Shown piece by piece: positions 45,501 through 54,072 of a DNA stretch of 64,000 bases (position 1 is its first letter; each line of letters starts with the position of its first letter). Under the pieces are notes generated by a model that worked only from the letters and a program-made list of their open reading frames with translations, made no database searches and was not told where the DNA came from. The DNA comes from Candidatus Binatia bacterium (GTDB lineage Bacteria > Desulfobacterota > Binatia > Bin18): NCBI GenBank assembly GCA_963664395.2, contig OY761159.2, forward strand, positions 3,456,001-3,520,000, in the 5' to 3' direction. Made by a program: the position numbers and the translations under genes.

Positions 45501-45867
45501 CCATGCCACGCTGACCGGCGAGCTACAGCAACGCACCCCGTTTCGGCTATCGCTCAAAGAAGACGACTATTTTCTACAGCTTGAGGAAGATGATGAAGAA
45601 TTTACCGTTATGAAGTGGCATGAAACGGGCGAAGCAAAAGAATGCAACGAGATAGAATCCATCCCGCTTGAACTGAAGTCCGGGAATACAATCTGGGGGC
45701 ACGTCAGTTATACGGACGCCATGAATCGTCTGGCACAGCGGGAAGATATTGAGATGGAAGAACTCAGCCGTATCTACGGAGTCTTTTCACTGCCACAGAA
45801 TAAACGGACCGGCCGGCCTTGGTGCTATACCCCGGAACTCGGTTTCTATAAACCGCTGACGGACTGA
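42595..45867 (+). CDS. cas3: Type I-F Cas2-Cas3 fusion nuclease/helicase
   Basis: N-terminal Cas2 (ETRRVLDQFAER..RTWQT), HD motif FHDFGKA, MASTGCGKT, DEPD and EVGRDHDYDW. Confidence 0.96.
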   Translation: MNILLISQCNKKALVETRRVLDQFAERKGERTWQTAITLQGLQTLRKMLKKSARRNTAVACHRIGGKNYSELLWVVGNTNRFNTEGTIPTNFTSRDVLKTDDENQWHTAEDIALLAALAALFHDFGKANALFQKKLKEHRNLSEPYRHEWVSLRMFQSFVREDMDEQWLSRLTKVSSEDDAPLLQYLETIQDHPDTFRAQPFTAMPRLAQAVGWLILTHHKLPRSVDPVVNLKWISNFLHQSLLPNWNSPQIATYKGHDLTAAMRKELHQVWHFPAGTPFRSDTWCSKAQRIARRLLGRQSIFVRDWLDDSFSIHVSRMALMLADHHYSSCPSTPAYGDARYTAYANTDRKTRQLKQQLDEHLVGVYKHSLWLVRTLPGLRNTLPAIGRHSAFKRRTRDGRFLWQNKAYDLAYSLKDQAQAGGFFGVNMASTGCGKTFANARIMYALANEKRGCRFSVALGLRTLTLQTGDAFRQILNLDEDDMAVLIGSAAVRKLHEEKKKDEDNFSGSESADPLLDTDYHVRYEGALADSALRRWLEASPKLNSMVSAPILVSTIDHLMPATEGTRGGRQIAPMLRLLTSDLVLDEPDEFGLADVPALTRLVYWAGMLGSKVVLSSATLAPALVEGLFKSYSAGRNAYNNSCGDPHHQPPVCCAWFDETKAEHATIANAEDFCQQHSVFTDKRAARLANLPPKRKAELLPLPGQTQSAHDAIATFGEAISEGMRQLHQQHYQENRENNKKVSIGLVRMANIRPLVAVAKYLLQSSPPTDTTVHYCIYHSRFPLIVRSETEGILDAVLNRKDPKNIWQFPTIKNALKSTDTTHHIFVVLASPVAEVGRDHDYDWAIAEPSSMRSIVQLSGRVLRHRDTLPGKPNVLLLEKNYRGMTGKRPAFCRPGFEHKDRPLQTRKLSNNLLPEQYRVIDARPCLVPRPPLLPTQNLADMEHREISLTFDDPEDPRTPHALQWLKPHATLTGELQQRTPFRLSLKEDDYFLQLEEDDEEFTVMKWHETGEAKECNEIESIPLELKSGNTIWGHVSYTDAMNRLAQREDIEMEELSRIYGVFSLPQNKRTGRPWCYTPELGFYKPLTD

Positions 45868-45911
45868 AACCGGTATGTTCACCGCCGGACGGACCGCTAA
45901 GAAAGGATTTT

Positions 45912-47177
45912 ATGGACGGACTTGCCACACACATTCTGGAATATATCCAGGAGCGTAGAGATGAGAAACTGAAAAAAGAAAAGGACGCTGCCAAGCAACT
46001 GGAAATTACAGCTAAGCACGAGCCTGAAACCTGGCTGAGCGATGCGGCCCGGCGAGCAAAACATCTCACCCTTGCCACTCATTCTCCTAAATATGTTCAC
46101 CCGGACGCTAATGGCACCAGCATCAACTCTATGAGTTCGGACAAAGTCGGTGACGGATACATCTCCACGCAGAGCGTGTCGGAGATTCCATACGACGTGG
46201 TTGGGACCGCCGCTGCACAGGCTGTCGGGAATTTCCTCTTGCTTGAGCACGAAGGGCAAATCCTGATTGACACCTTACGGCGGGGCGAGAATGCGCCGCT
46301 CCTCGCAATTGCACCCGATGCGGATACGGCCCAAGAGTGGGCGGATGGGTTTTTGTCAGTGCTGGCGTCGTCGGAGCCGAGCGCTCACAAGTTTTCAAAG
46401 CAGTGTTATTGGCCGGTGAAAATCGATGAATACCATATCCTCATTCCTCTCTACGCCACCTCACTGGCGCACACGCTCCACTCTACTATTCAACACGCAC
46501 GATTCTCCGACGAAGCCAAAGCAACCCGTGAACTTCGTCGAAAGGAAGAGTATTCCGAGCAGGAAGATATCCGTTATCTGGACATTGCCGTTCAGGGCTT
46601 TGGCGGAACGAAACCCCAAAACATCAGCCAACTGAACAGTCAGCGTGGCGGCAAAGCCTATCTTGTTTCGTGCGAACCGCCGGATTGGCAACAGCAGGCC
46701 ACCCCACCCCTGCACATCAGTTCCATTTTTCACCAGCGCTTTGAACGCAGTTTGTATCGTGAACACATTCAGCCGTTACACGATTTTCTCCAGCGCGTCG
46801 CCGACAAGCCCAATAATGACAGAATCAAAAAACAACGCGCCCAACGTCTGGATGAAATTGTCTACGAGATTTTGAATCTGGCCGCGTTTATCCAGAACTT
46901 ACCGCCTGGGTGGAGTAAGGACCCTGCCTGCCAGTTGAAACATGAGGAACAATTCTGGCTCGATCCTGGTAGGTCCGAGACGGATGAGGAGTTCCGGGCT
47001 CAGCGGGACGCAACGGACTGGCCGGTCCAGGTCGCGCAGAACTTCGCCATCTGGCTCAGTCAAAAACTTGAGAGCGACACGCTTGCCTTCGGCGCGATCG
47101 AACAGCGTGAATTGCGATCTCTTCTGGAACCTGAACTACGGCACAATTTTATGACAGCGGAGGAGGAAGGACTGTAA
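45912..47177 (+). CDS. csy1: Type I-F Cas8f (Csy1)
   Basis: WLSDAARRA, ATH..K..HPD and FGGTKPQNISQLNS.RGG. Confidence 0.93.
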   Translation: MDGLATHILEYIQERRDEKLKKEKDAAKQLEITAKHEPETWLSDAARRAKHLTLATHSPKYVHPDANGTSINSMSSDKVGDGYISTQSVSEIPYDVVGTAAAQAVGNFLLLEHEGQILIDTLRRGENAPLLAIAPDADTAQEWADGFLSVLASSEPSAHKFSKQCYWPVKIDEYHILIPLYATSLAHTLHSTIQHARFSDEAKATRELRRKEEYSEQEDIRYLDIAVQGFGGTKPQNISQLNSQRGGKAYLVSCEPPDWQQQATPPLHISSIFHQRFERSLYREHIQPLHDFLQRVADKPNNDRIKKQRAQRLDEIVYEILNLAAFIQNLPPGWSKDPACQLKHEEQFWLDPGRSETDEEFRAQRDATDWPVQVAQNFAIWLSQKLESDTLAFGAIEQRELRSLLEPELRHNFMTAEEEGL

Positions 47178-48103
47178 TGGATTTTGTGATTATATTACGA
47201 AACCTGAAGGTCCACGGAGCCAATGCCATTACCGGCTTTACCTGGGGTTTTCCGGCGATCACTCACTTTCTGGGTTATACGCATGCCTTACAACGAAAGT
47301 TGCCGGAAAAGTTCGACCTCAGTTTTGACGGCTGCGGCCTCGTTTGCCACACACACCAAGTGCATGCGCATAAACCCTCTCCCTATGCTGACTCTCGTTT
47401 TGCGTTGAGTAGAAATCCGCTCGACAAGAGCGGTAAGTCCGCTTCATTTGTCGAAGAGGGCAAGATGAATATGGAAGTCACGCTTCTCATATCGGTTACG
47501 GAAAATTCTCAGGTTGATGTAGAGGGAAGAGAAGAACTCATTGGCTTTTTGTCACAGCAATCGGCAAGGCAGCGCTTGGCCGGTGGCCTTATTACGAACG
47601 CGCCAACCGTTGAGATTGCGGATGTCCAGGACGAGAAGCACAGCAAGAGATTGCTCCGCAGCCTGTTGCCGGGTTTTACGCTGGTGAGTCGTCACGATGT
47701 ATTGCTTGCCGAGCAGGACCGACAACGGAAGGCCAACACACCGGAGCCGGAATTGGCGGCTTGGTTGTCGTTTTCTTCCCTGCGGTATGCCGCCGATCAG
47801 GACAAAACAAAGGATGGGAAGACTCCGTGGCGATTACAGGAAAAATCCTACAAAGGCTGGGTCAAGCCAATCGCCATTGGCTACAAGCGCATTTCGCAGT
47901 TGTATGAACCCGGCGCAATCGCTAAAACACGCGATGCTTCTTCGCCGGCCTGTTTTGTTGAAAATCTTTATTCCATAGGGCAATGGCTCAGCCCGCACAG
48001 AATCAGAGAACTGAGCCACCTGTTCTGGCAGTATGAATACACCGAGTCAGGTGCATACGTATGCAGCAATAATTACCGACCCGCAATTGACTACATAGAC
48101 TGA
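47177..48103 (+). CDS. csy2: Type I-F Cas5f (Csy2)
   Basis: [26 protein letters not shown] and GQWLSPHRI. Confidence 0.93.
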   Translation: MDFVIILRNLKVHGANAITGFTWGFPAITHFLGYTHALQRKLPEKFDLSFDGCGLVCHTHQVHAHKPSPYADSRFALSRNPLDKSGKSASFVEEGKMNMEVTLLISVTENSQVDVEGREELIGFLSQQSARQRLAGGLITNAPTVEIADVQDEKHSKRLLRSLLPGFTLVSRHDVLLAEQDRQRKANTPEPELAAWLSFSSLRYAADQDKTKDGKTPWRLQEKSYKGWVKPIAIGYKRISQLYEPGAIAKTRDASSPACFVENLYSIGQWLSPHRIRELSHLFWQYEYTESGAYVCSNNYRPAIDYID

Positions 48104-48128
48104 GAGATTGACGAGGAGGAGAGTGAAT

Positions 48129-49157
48129 ATGGCACAGTTAAAGACCGCATCAGTTTTGGCGTTCGAGCGTAAATTGGCGAATTCCGATGGCCTGATGTAT
48201 TCGGGCAGTTGGGAGAATCGAGACAAGGTGGAGTCCTGGTCTCCGGTGACGCTCCACGAGAAATCAATACGCGGCACCATCTCAAATCGCCAGAAAAACG
48301 CTATTGCTTCAGACCCCTTGAAACTCGACAACGAAATCCAAAAGCCCAATTTGCAGACAGTCGATGTGGCCGTATTACCGTTCCAACATGACACGCTGAA
48401 AGTGTCGTTCACGCTACGGATATTAGCCGGGCTGGACCAGCCGTCAGCCTGTAACAGCCAGGACTATCAGGAGGCATTGGGTAAAACGATCAATACGTAT
48501 ATCGCCGAGCACGGTTTTGCCGAATTATCCAAACGCTACGCCACAAACATTGCCAATGGCCGCTTCCTGTGGCGGAACCGGGTGGGAGCCGAGGCGGTCA
48601 ATGTCAGTGTGACCCGGTATCGAGACCGGGAACCGCTGGGCAAATGGCGCTTTGACAGTAACAGCATCTCCTTACGTAAATTCGACACGACGGACACACA
48701 GGTATCCGAGCTTGCAGCCGCCATTGAAGCCGGCCTGAAGGGAGACGAGTTTACGTTTTTGAAGATAGAAGGCTTTGCCCGTCTCGGCGAGGGACAGGAG
48801 GTGTTTCCCTCACAAGAACTCATTTTAGACGGACGCAACAACAGGGAGGGCAAGAAGAGTAAAACGCTCTACCAAGTCGGGGACATCGCCGGTCTTCATT
48901 CTCAAAAAATTGGCAACGCCCTGCGAACAATCGATACCTGGTATCCCGAAGCGGACCAATTCGGCCCCATATCGGTCGAACCTTTTGGCTCCGTCACCAA
49001 TCGCGGGAAGGCATATCGCCAGCCCAAAGACAAGCTGGATTTCTACACACTTCTTGACGGTTGGGTATTAAGGGGAAAGACACCTGCGGTAGAGCAGCAA
49101 CATTATGTTATGGCGGTGCTGGTTCGAGGCGGCGTGTTCGGAGAAAAATCAGAGTGA
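48129..49157 (+). CDS. csy3: Type I-F Cas7f (Csy3)
   Basis: [41 protein letters not shown] and LVRGGVFG. Confidence 0.95.
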   Translation: MAQLKTASVLAFERKLANSDGLMYSGSWENRDKVESWSPVTLHEKSIRGTISNRQKNAIASDPLKLDNEIQKPNLQTVDVAVLPFQHDTLKVSFTLRILAGLDQPSACNSQDYQEALGKTINTYIAEHGFAELSKRYATNIANGRFLWRNRVGAEAVNVSVTRYRDREPLGKWRFDSNSISLRKFDTTDTQVSELAAAIEAGLKGDEFTFLKIEGFARLGEGQEVFPSQELILDGRNNREGKKSKTLYQVGDIAGLHSQKIGNALRTIDTWYPEADQFGPISVEPFGSVTNRGKAYRQPKDKLDFYTLLDGWVLRGKTPAVEQQHYVMAVLVRGGVFGEKSE

Positions 49158-49166
49158 GTTGACACA

Positions 49167-49718
49167 ATGGACCACCACGTTGATATCACAGTGCTTCCCG
49201 ACCCGGAATTTCCAGAAACCACATTGATGAATGCACTTTTTGCCAAGTTGCACCGGGCGTTGGGCAAACACGGTCACGGCAAAATAGGGGTGAGTTTTCC
49301 AGACCACAGCAAGACGCTTGGGGCACGCCTCCGTCTGCATAGCAGCAAAGGAGCGCTTGAAGAGTTCATGCAAACGAGTTGGATCACTGGCATGACGGAT
49401 TATTGTCATGTCGGTGATGTTCAACACGTGCCCCCTCTGACCTTATTTTGCACAGTCAGGCGAGTCCAAGCGAAAAGCGCCTCCAATAAACGGAAACGTT
49501 CGGTGGCAAAGGGCTGGTTGGATGAATCCGAAGCGCAGAAGCGTATTCCTGATTCTCAGCAGCGAACGCTTGATCTGCCCTACGCTCAACTACGCAGCTT
49601 ATCGAATGGGAATATGATGCGCATTTATATTGAGCATGGTGAGCTGGTCCAACAATCGGTAGAAGGGCCATTTTCCGCCCATGGTCTCAGCAGCACTACT
49701 ACCGTACCCTGGTTTTAA
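49167..49718 (+). CDS. cas6f: Type I-F Cas6f (Csy4) endoribonuclease
   Basis: LPDPEF, KLHRAL (catalytic His), IGVSFP, RRVQAK and GLS..TTVPWF. Confidence 0.95.
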   Translation: MDHHVDITVLPDPEFPETTLMNALFAKLHRALGKHGHGKIGVSFPDHSKTLGARLRLHSSKGALEEFMQTSWITGMTDYCHVGDVQHVPPLTLFCTVRRVQAKSASNKRKRSVAKGWLDESEAQKRIPDSQQRTLDLPYAQLRSLSNGNMMRIYIEHGELVQQSVEGPFSAHGLSSTTTVPWF

Positions 49719-49847
49719 CCCTTTTTTTCCAGGTATCCATAACATCTTGATTTACCTACAGATTTTTTAGGGGTTCGTATTAAGGTAAAATTACTGCGTT
49801 TTACCCGAACTCCTGAAAAATCAACAGCTTACGCGTATATTCCTACG
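49719..49847 (+). promoter_or_regulatory. Type I-F CRISPR leader with two IHF-consensus sites
   Basis: AT-rich; begins CCCTTTTTTT; WATCAANNNNTTR matches at 49819-49831 (+, AATCAACAGCTTA) and 49740-49752 (-, AATCAAGATGTTA). Confidence 0.8.
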
Positions 49848-51531
49848 GTTCACTGCCGGACAGGCAGCTAAGAAATAGCCCAACCGGGATACTGTGATCG
49901 GAACATCGTTCACTGCCGGACAGGCAGCTAAGAAAATTGGGGGGCACCAGTCCCGAGACGGTAAGTGTTCACTGCCGGACAGGCAGCTAAGAAAAGAACA
50001 AACGGACGGGCTAGACCAGCGGTTCACTGCCGGACAGGCAGCTAAGAAATAAGAGGGCAGCCTTGGAGCGCTAACCCGTTCACTGCCGGACAGGCAGCTA
50101 GTCGTTCACTGCCGGACAGGCAGCTAAGAAAAGCTAAGAAATCCATGGCCACGATACTGCCGGACAGGCAGCGAAAACAAACTGTTCACTGCCGGACAGG
50201 CAGCTAAGAAATACGTCAATGCAGGAACCCGCCGAACGAAGAGTTCACTGCCGGACAGGCAGCTAAGAAAACTACACGTCCGCCACGTCCTCCCCCGTCG
50301 TTCACTGCCGGACAGGCAGCTCCACCGTCCTAGGTTCACTGCCGGACAGGCAGCTAACGGCCTTCCAAGACGTCGTTCACTGCCGGACAGGCAGCTAAGA
50401 AAGAAGATGGCGCATACGTTGTCATTGAATGTTCACTGCCGGACAGGCAGCTAAGAAAAAAGCCGCGTTCCGATCGCATAGAGGAGATAGGTTCACTGCC
50501 GGACAGGCAGCTAAGAAAACCTACATGGACATCCTGAGGCCGACGGCACGGTGTTCACTGCCGGACAGGCAGCTAAGAAATTACATGTTGCGGGCACGGC
50601 ATGCTTTTGAGTTGTTCACTGCCGGACAGGCAGCTAAGAAAACCAGAGCAATGCGCGTACATGGGCCGACCTCGTTCACTGCCGGACAGGCAGCTAAGAA
50701 ATTAGCCTGGGCCGCTCTCGCTGGTATGGTATCGTTCACTGCCGGACAGGCAGCTAAGAAAAAGGGGTACGACCTGGGCCAAAAAGGCACCCAGTTCACT
50801 GCCGGACAGGCAGCGAAATCACCGAACGCTGCACCCGTTGCTGTCCCGCCGTTCACTGCCGGACAGGCAGCTAAGAAAATGCACACTGCCGGACAGGCAG
50901 CTAAGAAAATGAGCAACGCCGAGTCGCCTCCAGGTTCACTGCCGGACAGGCAGCTAAGGGTAGCGTTCACTGCCGGACAGGCAGCTAAGAAAAAGAGAGA
51001 AAGCTAATCTTTTTCTGTCGGAGGTTCACTGCCGGACAGGCAGCTAAGAAAATAAATATACAAGACTGCGCGGCAGCCGAACCGTTCACTGCCGGACAGG
51101 CAGCTAAGAAAAGCAGTACGACCTTGATCGAGAATAAAGCGACGTTCACTGCCGGACAGGCAGCTAAGAAATTGATACCCAGACGATATCCGGCCTTATT
51201 CGGGTTCACTGCCGTACAGGCAGCTAAGAAATACAACACCAACGTCGTTCATTACGACCGGAAGTTCACTGCCGTACAGGCAGCTAAGAAAAACGATGGG
51301 GGATGTGTCAGGGTTGAGGGGCTGTTCACTGCCGTACAGGCAGCTAAGAAATAATACGGCAGACCTGGAGAGCCAGGCATGACGTTCACTGCCGTACAGG
51401 CAGCTAAGAAAAAGAGAGAAAGCTCTATCTTTTTCTGTCGGAGGTTCACTGCCGTACAGGCAGCTAAGAAAAAGAACGGCCCCCACGGGTAGGACGGCCT
51501 GTAGTTCACTGCCGGACAGGCAGCTAAGAAA
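49848..51531 (+). CRISPR. Type I-F CRISPR array, ~32 repeats / 31 spacers, many units partly deleted
   Basis: 28-nt repeat GTTCACTGCCGGACAGGCAGCTAAGAAA (variant ...CCGTACAGG... in five trailer-side repeats); modal spacer 32 nt. Confidence 0.98.
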
Positions 51532-51915
51532 TTACTGACAAAACTTCTCCATCAAGAAGGGCATCGTCTCCATGTTCACGCATGTGGCGAAATGCGTCAT
51601 CCCAGCGGCTCCGGGGCTGTCTGGCCGGACGCCAATTCTAAGGAAGTCAACTACTTAGGCCGTCGTGCAGCCCCAAAATCAAAGTCGATTGGAAATTTTC
51701 CCCGGAAAGGGGGGGATAAAGGGGCGGTACAGGGCCTTTGAAGCCCCGAAAAAAGGGCCGAATTACGATCAGGCCCTCCCTTGGCCGGCTTTTACAGAAA
51801 TTCGGCCTCTGGATGCCGGATCACGTCCGGCATGACAAGAGCGTAGCGGCATGGCTACAGCGTGAAACACTCTCGTTGAGTGAAAAAATCACCGGCCTTG
51901 CCTGACAGGGAATGC

Positions 51916-51950
51916 CTGCTGGATACCAATATCGTCTCGGAACCGCTACG
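51916..51950 (+). pseudogene. Short N-terminal fragment of a PIN-domain (VapC-like) toxin
   Basis: Translates as LLDTNIVSEPLR, the typical PIN beta1 motif, and is cut off by the right direct repeat. Confidence 0.5.
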
Positions 51951-51953
51951 GCG

Positions 51954-51992
51954 GCACGCGAAGTCTATTTTCGCCTGGGCGACAATTTCTAA
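51954..51992 (+). repeat. Right direct repeat (attR-like); displaced copy of the lptE 3' end
   Basis: GCACGCGAAGTCTATTTTCGCCTGGGCGACAATTTCTAA; both differences from the left copy are synonymous. Confidence 0.9.
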
Positions 51993-52000
51993 TGGAAATG

Positions 52001-52023
52001 GAAAAGGGGCCAAAGTGCCCCTT
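52001..52023. terminator. Hairpin between the displaced lptE end and the convergent rpsT (probable rpsT terminator)
   Basis: AAGGGGC-CAAAGT-GCCCCTT stem-loop preceded by an A-rich tract (T-rich on the minus strand). Confidence 0.55.
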
Positions 52024-52033
52024 GACGACGGAG

Positions 52034-52306
52034 TTAGGCCGAAGCGGCGGTCTTGTGTTTGTGGACGAGTTTTGAAAGCTGACCCACATGACGGTCTGCG
52101 GCTTTTTTGGGAATAAGACGTTTCTGACCCGCCCGATGGAGTGCGCTGACCGCCGTCCGCAGAGAACTCTCGACTGCGTCGCTCTCTCCCCTCACGACCG
52201 CTGCTTCTACTTGTTTCATGAAGGTCTTCACCCGTGATTTTGCTGCGTGGTTACGGACTTTCCGAACCTCGCTCTGACGATGTCGTTTCTTTTCTCCTGA
52301 TGCCAC
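52034..52306 (-). CDS. rpsT: 30S ribosomal protein S20
   Basis: KRHRQSE...RNHAAKSRVKT and LIPKKAADR; basic, 90 aa. Confidence 0.88.
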   Translation of the reverse strand: MASGEKKRHRQSEVRKVRNHAAKSRVKTFMKQVEAAVVRGESDAVESSLRTAVSALHRAGQKRLIPKKAADRHVGQLSKLVHKHKTAASA

Positions 52307-52516
52307 GTAATACTCCTCTCTTGAACATTATTCCTACCATGGGTAGGGAGACTGATCAATGTCGGGCAAGAGCTGGTGGCCGAGGAGGACGGCCGGGCAA
52401 AAGGGCAAAGGTGGACACCGTGCTGGCCCGGTCGCTGACGCATTTTTTGTTGCGTTCCGCATTCCCAATCTTCTCCGGCGTCTCGTCGGTGAGGGGGCAA
52501 AGATGAACTACCGGCC

Positions 52517-53359
52517 TTACTGGGTATCCTGCCCCAACGCCTGCTTGGCCTCCTGCCACAATTCCTCCAGCCGCGTCAGTGAGGTCTGATGGATATCCTC
52601 CCGGCTGTGTGCGAGTTGCTCTTCGATGTAACGAAAGCGTTTGTTGAAACGCCCGTTGGCTTTGCGCAGGGCAGACTCGGCATCCAGGTCAAGATGGCGG
52701 GCCAGGCTCGTCAAAGCAAGCAACAGGTCTCCGAGCTCATGTTCCTGGTGCTGTGTGTGAGTGGTTGCCAGTGCTGCTTCCAATTCCTTGTACTCTTCCG
52801 CCACCTTTTCAAAAACCGCGGTGGCTGACGGCCAGTCAAAGCCGACTCGGGTGGCCTTTTCGCCTAAACGCTGAGCCTGGATTAAGGCTGGCGCGCCTTT
52901 GGGAACACCCGCCAGGATGGATTGATCCGCGGTTCCTTTTTTGTCCTTTTTTGCCTCTTTTTCTTTTTTTTCTTGGGCTTTAATTTTGGCCCAGTTCCGA
53001 CTGACCTCTTCGGCGCTCTCGACTTTCAGGTCACTGAACACGTGCGGATGGCGGCGGGTCATTTTATCGGTAATGGCTTGGGCAACATCGTCAATAGTAA
53101 ATTCACCAGCTTCGGCCATCAACTGAGAGTGAAAAACGATCTGGAGGAGTAAATCGCCCAATTCCTCTTTCAGCTCAGTCCAGTCTTCAGCCTCAAGCGC
53201 CTCCAGCACTTCGTAGGTCTCTTCGACGAGGTAGGGCTTGAGTGTCTGCGGCGTTTGCTCTTTATCCCACGGGCAGCCGTTTGGACTGCGGAGGGTCGCC
53301 ATAATTTCGACGAGTCGATCAAATGCGGGATGGGTAGGGCCTGCCATGGCAGACGGCAT
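52517..53359 (-). CDS. mazG: Nucleoside triphosphate pyrophosphohydrolase MazG
   Basis: LRSPNGCPWD.EQT, EETYE, EELGDLLLQ, RRHPHVF and GFDW. Confidence 0.95.
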   Translation of the reverse strand: MPSAMAGPTHPAFDRLVEIMATLRSPNGCPWDKEQTPQTLKPYLVEETYEVLEALEAEDWTELKEELGDLLLQIVFHSQLMAEAGEFTIDDVAQAITDKMTRRHPHVFSDLKVESAEEVSRNWAKIKAQEKKEKEAKKDKKGTADQSILAGVPKGAPALIQAQRLGEKATRVGFDWPSATAVFEKVAEEYKELEAALATTHTQHQEHELGDLLLALTSLARHLDLDAESALRKANGRFNKRFRYIEEQLAHSREDIHQTSLTRLEELWQEAKQALGQDTQ

Positions 53360-53435
53360 AAAGGAAAAGCGGACAGAAGGCAAGAACCGAGCCGGACTGA
53401 AGCACGTAGGCTGATGGGCCATATCCCGTGCAACC

Positions 53436-54072
53436 CTAATCAATCACTTTTTTCGTTGTCCGAAAATGCAGCTTGGCAACTTGGCTCAACGTCGCCGCGT
53501 CATACTGCTCCACAAAAGCTTTGCCGGCGCTGATGACTTGCATACTTGCGCCTTTGGGCAAAGTGATCGCAAAGCGGCTGCTTAAATCCTGCAAGCGCCG
53601 TAAGAACTCTGCCCGTGCGACAATTGAGGCTGCTGCCACAGCCAGCTCTTGTTCGGCGCGCGGCTTTTGAATGAGCTTGACCGTGCGGCCTTTTTGCATG
53701 AGGGCATTATTGAGAAAGCGCGCATTCCCGAATTGGTCGGCAATCACCTGTTCACACGTGACTGTTTCCAAGAGATTTTCTATGGCGCGGGCATGTCCCC
53801 AGGCGAGCATGGTGTTGAGATTCTTGAGCGACGCATACAGGCTGTTATAGCGCTCAGGGACCAATGGTCACGAGGGTGGTCGTACACAGCGTGCGGATGT
53901 GGGCGGCCAATATGCCGGCGCGTTTATCGGACAGGGTCTTGCTATCCCGCACTCCCAAGTCGCGGAGCTGTGCTTCTTGGTCTGGAGTAACGTGTGCCCC
54001 GGCGATGACCAGCGGGCCGAAATAATCACCCTTGCCGGATTCATCAATCCCAATCGTACCAGCTGTAGTCAT
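53436..54072 (-). pseudogene. rnhC: Ribonuclease HIII split by a +1 frameshift at CCC-TGA (pseudogene, sequencing error or recoded gene)
   Basis: Upstream ORF has IGIDESGKGDYFGPLV and GVRDSK; downstream ORF has PERYN, LAWGHA, DQF, VAAASIVAR, LPKGAS and AKLHF. Confidence 0.85.

Larger units (their letters stand above)
40700..51992. mobile_element. Genomic island integrated at the lptE 3' end, carrying type I-F CRISPR-Cas; no integrase visible
   Basis: Flanking 39-bp direct repeats; it interrupts the lptE/rpsT junction; cargo is defence genes and gene fragments. Confidence 0.75.

Noticed and set aside
50429-51007. 192-aa ORF (and similar ORFs on both strands) running through the CRISPR array
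   Set aside because: The repeat lacks stops in two of three frames and the unit is 60 bp, so such ORFs arise by chance. The indels do not consistently preserve frame.
51472-51509. Similarity of the last spacer/repeat junction (reverse strand) to 52503-52520 as possible self-targeting
   Set aside because: Only about a dozen bases match, partly within the repeat. I saw no convincing protospacer in the window, but an exhaustive search was not possible by eye.
51574-51600. GTTCAC downstream of the array as a degenerate extra repeat
   Set aside because: The spacing is 42 nt rather than 32 and there is no CTGCC/GGCAG stem.
40700-51992. CRISPR-associated transposon (type I-F3 CAST)
   Set aside because: No tnsABC or tniQ is present. 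cas1 and cas2-3 are present, cas8f and cas5f are separate genes, and the boundaries are 39-bp gene-end repeats rather than Tn7 ends with a 5-bp duplication.
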